From Octopus sinensis (taxonomy: Eukaryota): DNA of 64,000 nucleotides. The notes beneath the pieces are model-generated. The model was not told the DNA's origin. It searched no databases and saw only the letters and a program-made list of their open reading frames with translations. Where the stretch lies: assembly GCF_006345805.1 (NCBI RefSeq), contig NW_021832552.1:1-64000 (forward strand), written 5' to 3'. A program made the position numbers and the translations under genes. Shown piece by piece: positions 1 to 9,490 of this stretch. Within the stretch, counting starts at the first letter, position 1; every line of letters begins with the position of its first letter.

Positions 1-55
1 AGCCATTATCTTTCGTCAGCGAAGTTATGCTATATTCATATCAGAAATATTTAAA

Positions 56-355
56 ACTAGCAGTATCGCCCGGCGTTGCTCGGGTTTTGTAAGGGAAATA
101 ACTATATAAGCATTTTTAGAGAGTTATAGCCAAAAAATAGCAAAAAAAATGCATTATTAAAAATGGAAAAAAATGATGGTAAATTTTTTTTAAATCGTAG
201 ACTCATCGTAGACGCGCGCTAATACCCAGAAGGGCTCGATATGAATCACGACTATAAGATACCCGCTTTTGGTTACACTGCACCGCAAAATGTGGGAGTA
301 GTTAGGAATCTAAATCGTAGGAGACACACACAACTTCACTTTTATATATAAAGAT
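56..355 (+). mobile_element. Non-autonomous Helitron/Helentron-like (HINE/Lep1-type) element
   Basis: Starts ACTAGCAGTATCGCCCGGCGTTGCTCGGG and ends TTTTATATATAAAGAT; a reverse-complement copy with about 100 bp extra is at 47978-48374. Class assigned from the end pattern only. Confidence 0.6.
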
Positions 356-564
356 ATTTGATAAAATGTAATCAGAAAATGTAATCCAGATTGTTATTAA
401 CGACCTGGAAGAATTATTTTAGCCATTCAAAAGCACAATAAATTTTTTCTTTCACACTTTGAAGCAGCAAAGCTATAAAATGATTAAAATAGCTCATCCA
501 CAACGTTAATTGCTTCAGTTTCATACAAACGATTTTTGATGAAGTCACTTGCTAGACATATACA

Positions 565-954
565 GTGGAGGCGCAATGGCCCAGTGGTTAGGGCAGCGGA
601 CTCACGGTCATAGGATCGCGGTTCGATTCCCAGACCGGGCGTTGTGTGAGTGTTTATTGAGCGAAAACACCTAAAGCTCCACAAGGCTCCGGCAGGGGAT
701 GGTGGTGATCCCTGCTTGTACTCTTCACCACAACTTTCTCTCACTCTTACTTCCTGTTTCTGTGTACCTGTATTTCAAAGGGCCCGGCCTTGTCATTCTC
801 TGTGTCACGCTGAATATCCCCGAGAACTACGTTAAGGGTACACGTGTCTGTGGAGTGCTCAGCCACTTACACGTTAATTTCACGAGCAGGCTGTTCCGTT
901 GATTCGGATCAACCGGAACCCTCGTCGTCGTAACCGACGGAGTGCTTCCATTCC
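565..954 (+). mobile_element. tRNA-derived SINE (head A, tail X), full length
   Basis: Pol III A box (TGGCCCAGTGG) and B box (GGTTCGATTCC); 11-bp TSD AGACATATACA at 554-564 and 955-965. Confidence 0.85.
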
Positions 955-1236
955 AGACATATACAACTCTGAATGCACATGAATAGGTTATACGATAATT
1001 CTTAGGCATGAAAGCCACAGCAACATTTACGGCAAATAAACAATGCTTTATCCAATAAGTGACTAGGTGATTAAGACGATTGATTTGCAACCACGTGGAT
1101 TCAGGTTCAGTCCCACCAGGCGATACCTTGGGCAAGTGTCTTCTACTATAGACATGAGCCGACCAAAACTTTGTGAGTGAATTTAGTAGATGGGAACTCT
1201 GTGAAAGCCCATCGTATATATATGTGTATATATATA

Positions 1237-1284
<48 letters not shown>

Positions 1285-1323
1285 CGTGTTGTATATATAT
1301 ATATATAGATATATATATATATA

Positions 1324-1486
1324 TATAATCAAAATAAGCAACAAGTATATCCTGCATTACCTCTGGATATCCTTGTTGCTATTTTGATTATAATCACCCA
1401 TTTTGAATTATATGGATAATACCACACCAAATTCTGGTGCCTTTAACTTAAGTACCATGTTCAACTGAACCTAAATCTTTACTGAA

Positions 1487-1488
<2 letters not shown>
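1324..1488 (+). repeat. Short foldback element: about 29-bp inverted repeat (1324-1392) plus unique tail, flanked by (TA)n
   Basis: TATAATCAAAATAAGCAACAAG...CTTGTTGCTATTTTGATTATA read directly. Confidence 0.7.
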
Positions 1489-1529
<41 letters not shown>

Positions 1530-1546
1530 GTGAGAGAGAGAGAGAG

Positions 1547-1812
1547 AGAGGGCATTATTATACATACATGCCACACACTACGAGGGACATTAGTCATTTC
1601 TACCAAAAATTTTACTAATCCTACCCAATGCAATTTTTCAAAGCAAGACATTTAAAAAATGAATTTAGTCTTGTATCACAGGTGATACAAGACTAAATTC
1701 ATTTTTTTAAATGTCTTCTTTGAAAAATGCATTGGGTAGGATTAGTAAAATTTTTGGTAGAAATGACTAATGTCCCTCTTAGCGTTGTCATGTATGTATA
1801 ATAATGCCCTCT
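1547..1812. repeat. 266-bp near-perfect palindrome with 2-nt spacer
   Basis: AGAGGGCATTATTATACATACATG... pairs with ...CATGTATGTATAATAATGCCCTCT; centre TTGTATCAC-AG-GTGATACAA at 1671-1690. Confidence 0.9.
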
Positions 1813-1954
1813 ATATATATAAATTAATATGTTCAATAAGAAAGATTATTTTCGAAATTTTTCTCTTATGAGGTTTTTCACGCTATCTACCTGATAAATT
1901 TCTTGTTAAGATTCCTTAGTAGGAGGTTTCCTTAATTGTTATATATATATATAT

Positions 1955-2465
1955 AGTTGGGTACAAAACTTCAGGGTGAGTACTTGATAATTGTAAGCAC
2001 CTGTATATACCGTTTGGTGGTGTAGGTGGTGGAGTAAATTAATCAAATAAAAATATGATGCCAAGGATTCAGCGGTACATATGTTCGGGCCTTTTATTAG
2101 ACGGATTTAATACAATGCATAATGTGTGTCTATGGCCTTCTTCAGCCGCGCACAATTACTACTTCAAGGACATGTATTACATCAAAATTCTACGTTGGGG
2201 ATGCAAATCCCCTCATTCGCGTACGACATAATGCGGTACCATCACAAAAATGAAGCTTCCATCCCGTCCTTCTCTCAATGTACACGAATGAGAGGATTGC
2301 ATCCCCGACGTAGAATTTTTGATATAATACATGTCCTTGAGGTAGTAATTGTGCGCGGCTGAAGAAGGCCATAGACACACATTATGCATTGTTATAAATC
2401 CGTCTAATAAAGGCCCGAAACATATGTACCGCTGAATCCTTGGCATCATGTTTTTATTTGATTAA
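1955..2465. mobile_element. Foldback PLE-like terminal repeat: about 186-bp arms (2039-2224, 2280-2465) plus 3' tail 1955-2038, embedded in (TA)n
   Basis: Inverted arms read directly; each arm contains a hammerhead motif. PLE origin is inferred from the known PLE-hammerhead association. Confidence 0.7.
2355..2432 (+). ncRNA. Type I hammerhead ribozyme (palindromic stem III)
   Basis: GCGG-CTGAAGA-A-GGCC...GGCCC-GAAA-CATATG-TA-CCGC; stem I GCGG/CCGC, stem III ACATATGT palindrome, GUA cleavage triplet. Confidence 0.75.
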
Positions 2466-2489
2466 TATATTATATATATATATATATAT

Positions 2490-2551
<62 letters not shown>

Positions 2552-3203
2552 CACATTACATTTGTATGTATGTGTGTGCTTGCGTTTGTCCCTATAACCG
2601 CTTGACAACCGATGTTACCTTGTTTACGTCCTACATCCTCATTACGTAGTAGTTTGGCTTAAAAGCGCGGTAGAATAAGTACCTGATTTAAAAGTAAGTC
2701 CTAGGCTCAATTTGTTCGATTAAACCCTTGAAGGTGAAGCATCAGCATGGGCGCAGTCCAATGTCTGAAACTAATAAAAGGTAAAAGGGAAAAATATGAA
2801 TTAATCAAACACCTGAAATGATTTTTTAAAATTTAACTATTAAAAATGGTGGCAGAATGATATATCACAATGTATCACGGCGACAAAAGCCGTGTCTGCT
2901 ACTGAGGTGGCGAAATCACACAGAAACATTGTGTCTTGTAGTTTTCAAAGTTCACTCGAAACTCGGCTCTATGTGTTTTTACTTACACAGAAGCGTGTAA
3001 AAAATATATGTACACATGTTTCTCAGACTGAATCTTTCAAGGTGGTGCTCTAGCATACGCGTAGTCTATTCACTAAAGCTAGTAGAATAATAAAAGAAAA
3101 TTCGAAGTTGTACTTGCCTAACAAATTAGTTGACAAGTTACTTTCAATGAAAGGATGTGTGTGCGTGGGGGGTGATGCTCAAGTCTACTGTCAATGAAAG
3201 TAT

Positions 3204-3268
<65 letters not shown>

Positions 3269-3280
3269 GTGTGGTGTGTG

Positions 3281-3325
<45 letters not shown>

Positions 3326-3484
3326 GTGGATATCAGATGATTTTATACTGTCTATTGTACTTTGTGCTGCGAATCATAGAACAATGACAAAACTGCCACT
3401 GCAACTTCTCATCATAACAATCACCACCAATAACAACACCGAGGACGGTAGACAATAGCCTTGTGGTAAATTTCTGTATATGGA

Positions 3485-3554
<70 letters not shown>

Positions 3555-3827
3555 TGGTGCATTATATGAAACCTAGTGACCACGCTGACCTCCCACTATC
3601 ACGAGCATTAAACGGTATATACTGTCTACATTCACGCAATATGCCGAAAAAAGTTCCATAATTTACAAAGGAAGAAGATTTCATAATTAAAATGTGTGTG
3701 TGTGCGGGGGGTGTTGATATGCATTTATATACATAAATATATATACATATATATGTATGCCTGTATATATACATATATAAGCAAGTACAACATACGTATA
3801 CATATTTACGACGACGTATATATATAT

Positions 3828-3887
3828 AGGTGTGGCTGTGTGACAAGAAGCATACTTCCCAACCACGTGGTTCGGGGTTCACTTCCA
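3828..3887 (+). mobile_element. Isolated SINE family 1 tRNA-like head fused to a LINE fragment
   Basis: GGTGTGGCTGTGTGACAAGAAGCATACTTCCCAACCACGTGGTTCGGGGTTCA matches the family 1 head; LINE sequence follows directly. Confidence 0.65.
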
Positions 3888-4925
3888 TTATCACGCAAAT
3901 AGTGAGCGGTGTTCCGCACGGCACTGTTTTGGGACCACTACTGTTCATAATGGCCCTCTCAGACATGCCCTTAGCCACGCAGAGAGCCACGATCACAAGT
4001 TATGCAGATGATACAAAAGTTTCACAGGCAATACAGAACCCTGAAGACACTGAGCACCTGCAATGTGAGCTGGACAAAAATATAAGTGGGCTGAAAAGAA
4101 TAGCATGCAGTTCAATGCTGAAAAGTTCAAGCTTAATGCTATCAGCATGCAAAACTAAATGCAATACCCAATGAATACACTGGACCCGGAGTGATTGCAA
4201 TCCCAGAGGCACAATCAGTGCGTGACCTGGGTATTTACATGAGTGATGACGCAACCTTTCATGTACATGTTGCTAAATTGGCAATGAAATGTAGACGGCT
4301 GGCCGGATGGATTCTTAGAACCTTTAGAACAAGAGACCAAGAAACCATGATGGTCCTCTGGAGGACACTTGTCCTAAGCCACTTTGACTATTGCTCTCAG
4401 TTATGGTCACCATCCAGTGTCAAGTTGATCACAGAACTTGAGGCGATCCAACGAAGCTACACGAAGAAGATAGCCTCTGTGCAGCAGAGGGAAAGACTCA
4501 AGAGATTAAAACTCTATTCCTTGTCCCAAACTTTGGCATCGAGAGTTACACAAATGCCAGAACTGGGCGCCACTGCGTGGTGCCAAGGACTCCAAATTTG
4601 CCATCAAGATGTAGGACAAGATGCTGTGAATAGCCTGGGCTTCGGAGGCCCACAACTCTTCAATATCGTCCCGAAGAACCTGAGGGACCTGCATGGGGTG
4701 AATGCGGATGTCTTTAAATTAGGCCTTGATCTCTTCCTGTCAGGTGTCCCGGATGAACCAACTTCACGGTAGGAGGTGCAGATGAGGGCAGCTGCATCGA
4801 ACTCTCTCATGCACCAAATGGCAGTTGCTAAAAAGCATTCGTGAAGTAAAATCATGTAACAACACCAAATGGCGGTGCCCCAGCATGGCCACAGCTCGTG
4901 AGCTGAAACTAGATAAGATAAGATA
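3888..4925 (+). mobile_element. 5'-truncated CR1/L2-group LINE, frameshifted RT C-terminus and 3' end
   Basis: SGVPHGTVLGPLLF and YADD (4001-4012), then RDLGIYM...DYCSQLWSP...LEAIQRSYTKKI; short (AGATA)n tail. Confidence 0.9.
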
Positions 4926-4939
4926 TTTTCTCTTTTTTT

Positions 4940-5326
4940 TTTTTTTACTTGTTTCAGTCATTTTGACTGCGGCCATGCTGGAGCACCGCCTTTAATCGAG
5001 CAACTCGACCCCGGACTTATTCTTTGGAAGCCCAGTACTTATTCTATCGGTCTCCTTTGCCGAACCGCTAAGTTACGGGGACATAAACACACCAGCATCG
5101 GTTGTCAAGCAATGCTAGGGGGACAAACACACACACACACACACATATATATACATATATATACGACGGGCTTCTTTCAGTTTCCGTCTACCAAATCCAC
5201 TCACAAGGCTTTGGTCAGCCCTAGACTATAGTAGAAGACACTTGCCCAAGGTGCCACGCAGTGGGACTGAACCCGGAACCATGTGGTTGGTAACCAAGCT
5301 ACTTACCACACAGCCGCTCCTGCGCC
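4940..5326 (-). mobile_element. SINE family 1, full length
   Basis: Reverse complement of the GGCGCAGGAGTGGCTGTGTGGTAAG head, internal TA/TG tract and GGCGGTGCTCCAGCATGGCCGCAGTCAAAATGACTGAAAC tail. Confidence 0.9.
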
Positions 5327-5349
5327 TATATAATATATATAATAAATAT

Positions 5350-5718
5350 ATAAAATACAGTGTACATTTAAACACATAAGGAATCCACTCATGGGATTCA
5401 ACATGCTAGAAAGAGCAGCTAGGTTCCAAAACCACAAAATTAGGGATAAAATCCTGAAAGGAACGAAATGAAAATAAAAACTTTGTAAAAGTTTATATTT
5501 TTCATTTCGTTTCTTTCAGGATTTTATCCCTAATTTTGTGGTTTTGAAACCTAGCTGCTCTTTCTAGCGTCATGGATCCCATGAGTGGATTCCTCGTATG
5601 TGTTTAAATGTACACTGTATTTTATGAGTAATACATAAACTTTGGAGTAAATTTTTACACGCTAGGCCCTGGAAGTGAAAATTTCTATTAATTTCTATTT
5701 CCCTTCGATATGATTAAG
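5350..5718. repeat. 276-bp palindrome (5350-5625) plus about 95-bp tail, flanked by TA-rich tracts
   Basis: ATAAAATACAGTGTACATTTAAACACATA... pairs with ...TATGTGTTTAAATGTACACTGTATTTTAT; centre near 5486. Confidence 0.85.
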
Positions 5719-5929
5719 TATATATATATATATATATAATATATATATATATAATATAGATATATATATAATATATATATATATACTTAGCGGTTCGCAA
5801 AAGACGAGAATAAAGTTTCTGGGCTTACAAAAGAATAAGTCCCGGGGTCAAGTTGCTCGATTAAAGGCGGTTTTCCAGCATGGCCGCAGTCACATGACTG
5901 AAACAAGTAAAAGAGTATATATATATACA

Positions 5930-6174
5930 CTTTATTTAAAAGCAGCAGAAATTCAACAAAACCTGTTACTCGGAGTTTCACGTTCCCGTTCGTCAGACAG
6001 TTTTGTTAAAATAGAACCGATATGACAATTCTATCAAGACTAGTATAAACGTTACTCGGAGTAACAGGTTTTGTTGAATTTTCTGCTGCTTTTAAATAAA
6101 GCATATTACTCTACCCCCTGGTATTTGAGTACTCTTTTTTTCCACCTTGTTTCACATTTATGTGTTTTCTCCGG
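5930..6174. mobile_element. Foldback PLE-like terminal repeat with hammerhead, embedded in (TA)n
   Basis: Inverted arms 5930-5970 and 6060-6101, tail to 6174; a homologous collapsed copy is at 11105-11258. Confidence 0.75.
5954..6007 (-). ncRNA. Type I minimal hammerhead ribozyme
   Basis: Minus strand AACAAAACTGT-CTGACGA-ACG GGAA CGT-GAAA-CTCCGAG-TA-ACAGGTTTTGTT; all core residues present, three stems pair, GNRA loop on stem II. Confidence 0.88.
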
Positions 6175-6194
6175 TATATAAATATATATATATA

Positions 6195-6395
6195 CTCTTT
6201 ACTCTTTTACTTGTTTCAGTCATTTGACTGCGGCCATGCTGGAGCACCGCCTTTAGTCGAGCAAATCGACCCCGGGACTTATTCTTTGTAAGCCCAGTAC
6301 TTATTCTATCGGTCTTTTTTGCCGAACCGCTAAGTAACGGGGACGTAAACACACCAGCATCGGTTGTCAAGCAATGCTGGGGGACAAACACACAA

Positions 6396-6431
<36 letters not shown>

Positions 6432-6515
6432 CATACATATATACGACGGGCTTCTTTCAGTTTCCATCTACTAAATCCACTCACAAGGCATTGGTCGGCC
6501 CGGGGCTATAGCAGA

Positions 6516-6517
<2 letters not shown>
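6195..6517 (-). mobile_element. SINE family 1, 5'-truncated
   Basis: Matches family 1 tail and body. Confidence 0.85.
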
Positions 6518-6585
<68 letters not shown>

Positions 6586-7294
6586 ATATATATATACAGA
6601 CATACATATATATTTATATTCACACACACACTCAATATACAAAGAGCTAAAACTTCGGAAACACTTTTTCCGTTAATGAACAACTCATCATCCATTCTAT
6701 TCCTTCTCACTGGCATCATATGCTGCGAATGGTTTTTAATGCTGATATTCCTTTGAAAATTACTGAGAGGCGGTGTAACGGATAATACAGTTGGTGTCTA
6801 TTCAGCACACGTATATTTGTAGTGGCGTGAACTGTATAATACAGACACCTACCGGCGAGTAAGACTCCGCAAGCCGGTTTCAATTCCCGACGAACTGTTG
6901 CAAAATACTTTTGGCAAACGAATGAACGTCCCACTTTTCTATCATGCAGATCTGTTTAAAAATGTAGTATTTTAGTATATTTTGTCATATAAATATAGAT
7001 ATATATATTTATTTGTGTGAGTGTATGTGTGTATACCCAGGCACACGCACACACACAGTGGCAGAACAAGCGTAGCATGTGGTTTGTGTTGATAAATAAT
7101 GGATATTAGGTAAATAAATAAAGACAAGAAGAGAGTACCAAGATGTGTGTGTGTGTGAGGAGATATAAATAGGCAGATATAGATAAAACTAGTTTAACCC
7201 TCAATTCCTGTGTCACGCAAGCAAATTCTACGATGATATGTCTATACCAAGTCATGCGGTCTAGTTGTAAGATCATGCAGAAGCTGAGCCTGCC

Positions 7295-7375
7295 ATTGGC
7301 TGTCAGCAAGTGGGTGGTCTAACATGATTGGCTGAATTACAGCTTACACGTGAACATGCTCTGACAACATCAGTT
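7295..7375 (+). promoter_or_regulatory. Candidate TATA-less promoter: two reverse CCAAT boxes, E-box and initiator
   Basis: ATTGGCT at 7295 and 7327 (32 bp apart), CACGTG at 7347-7352, TCAGTT at 7370-7375, in repeat-free sequence. Confidence 0.5.
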
Positions 7376-7482
7376 GATATCGTTGTAGCGGGACTATACG
7401 TTTGGGGATATTTGTTTGAGTTGGTAGCACGGTTTCTCTCGGCTTGGCTTTACTGGTTGCACAGACTTCAAGTAACAACCAG
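7372..7482 (+). other. Candidate non-coding first exon of the PPP1R3 gene
   Basis: No ATG; ends at donor CAG|GTAAAT (7483); next strong acceptor before an ORF is T-tract-CCAG at 28230. The link between them is inference. Confidence 0.4.
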
Positions 7483-7889
7483 GTAAATTATTCATCCATT
7501 TTCTTTTCCAACCCTCTTTCATCTATCTCGTTTCATATTCAATATAGGATTATAAAAACGCAATTACACTCATTCAAAATTATTTATATCTATCAAAACT
7601 AGGGGTGTTTCATAAATTTAAATGTTTTACACACACACACACATACATATACATAGATACATATATAGATCCAGTAAGAGTTGTTTCCCTTCAATGACCC
7701 TTCAGTCCCTTGGGGTGTCACTTATACCCTACTATGTTAATCCTTCTACCGCAAACCCTGTCGTCAATCATTTCGGTTATTACCACCTCAGCTAATCTAA
7801 GACGTTAGAATGTAATTCAAAGGAAGATTAGGTTGTTATTTCTAGCGGGCCGACCGACCACTAAACTGTAGTTTCTACAAGGAGTGTAG

Positions 7890-8045
7890 ATACCTATTTC
7901 TTTACTACCCACAAGGGGCTAAACACAGAGGGGACAAACAAGGACAGACAAAGGGATTAAGTCGATTACATCGACCCCAGTGCGTAACTGGTACTTAATT
8001 TATCGACCCCGAAAGGATGAAAGGCAAAGCCGACCTCGGCGGAAT
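7890..8045 (-). mobile_element. SINE family 2 fragment
   Basis: Matches the CCGAGGTCGACTTTGCCTTTCATCCTTTCGGGGTCGATAAATTAAGTACCAG core. Confidence 0.85.
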
Positions 8046-8829
8046 ACCATAGAACTTTATTGTGGGGTGATAAAAAATTCATTTAAGGGTATTTTTGTAA
8101 TCCCTAAACATATCATACTAAATTCTGAAGTCAAGTCAAACTCTTTTACCTTTTTTTTTTCTACTTTATATATGGTTTTCTTACTGAATGAAAAGCCTGA
8201 AGCGGAAATGACATATAAGGTAAAACTTCTGAAACAGGTACAGGGTGATTGTGCTGTCTATATACCGATAGGTACAGTTGCGTGTACCGTAGACGCACAT
8301 ATATATATACTTGTTGAGTATATTTATACTCCTTTGGGGTTTTTTTATTTTCGATGGAAGGATTGTATGAACTGAGGGAAAATACCCGAGTAAAGATAAT
8401 AAAGTATATTTTTTAAAAATCCACTATAATGTTATCGTACATCATGTACATGTATGTAAATGAGTGTGTGTATGTATTTGAATCTTGTTTCAGTCTTTGA
8501 ACCGCAGCCATTCTGGGGCACCGCCTAGGAAAGTTTGAATCGAGTATATAGACCCCAGTGGTTTTTGAGGCCTGGTATTTATCCTGGTATCTCTTGTTGT
8601 CGAACCGCGAAGTTACGGGAACAAACCAGCGCAAACTGTCTTTGTTCCCCCAACATCACTTGACTACCGATGTTGGTGTGTTTACGTCCCCGTCGCTAGC
8701 GGTTCGGCAAGTGAGATCGATAGAATAAGTACTGGGCTTACAAAGAATAAGTCCTGGGGTCGATTTGCTCGACTAAAGGCTGTGCTCCAGCATGGCTGCA
8801 GTCAAACAAATAAAAGAAAAAAGAATAAA

Positions 8830-8899
8830 GGCATATATGTGTGTGTGTATATATATATACATATAAATATGTGTGTATATATATATATATATATAAGTG

Positions 8900-8934
<35 letters not shown>

Positions 8935-9490
8935 ATATATGTGTATGTATAATATGTATGTATGTGTATAATATGTGTGTGTGTATGTATATATATATAT
9001 ATATATGTATGTGTATATATGTGTGTGTATATGTATGTGTATATATGTGTGTGTATATATATGTGTATGTGTGTGTATATATATATATGTGTGTGTGTAT
9101 ATATATATGTGTGTGTGTGTGTGTGTATATTTAAATGTGTATGTGTGTGTATATATATATATATATGTGTGTATATAAGTGTGTGTGTGTGTATATTTAA
9201 ATGTGTATGTGTGTGTATATATATATATGTGTGTATATAAATGTGTATGTGTGTATATATATATGTGTGTGTGTATATATATATATATGTGTGTATATAA
9301 ATGTGTATGTGTGTATATAAATGTGTATGTGTGTATATAAATGTGTATGTGTGTACATAAATATACGTGTTGTGTATATACATATATATATGTGTGTGTG
9401 TGTGTATATTATGTGTATATATGTGTGTATATAAATGTGTATGTGTGTGTGTATATTATGTGTATATATGTGTGTGTGTGTGTGTGCATA
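8830..9490. repeat. Compound (TA)n/(TG)n microsatellite
   Basis: Read directly. Confidence 0.95.

Larger units (their letters stand above)
1060..2780 (+). mobile_element. Microsatellite-containing SINE (family 1), split by insertions in its internal TA/TG tract
   Basis: Degenerate 5' half at 1060-1220 (CTTGGGCAAGTGTCTTCTACTATAG) and 3' half at 2560-2780 (TTGACAACCGATG...GAATAAGTAC...CTGAAAC), separated by three foldback elements. Confidence 0.65.

Noticed and set aside
1-30. Minus-strand CTGACGA as the 5' half of a hammerhead
   Set aside because: The rest would lie outside the window, so it cannot be evaluated.
565-640. tRNA-like sequences (also at 14909, 63340 and family 1/2 heads)
   Set aside because: SINE heads followed by SINE bodies and TSDs; no complete cloverleaf.
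7336-7363. Carbohydrate response element (ChoRE) at the candidate promoter
   Set aside because: Only one E-box; no second half-site at 5-nt spacing on either side.
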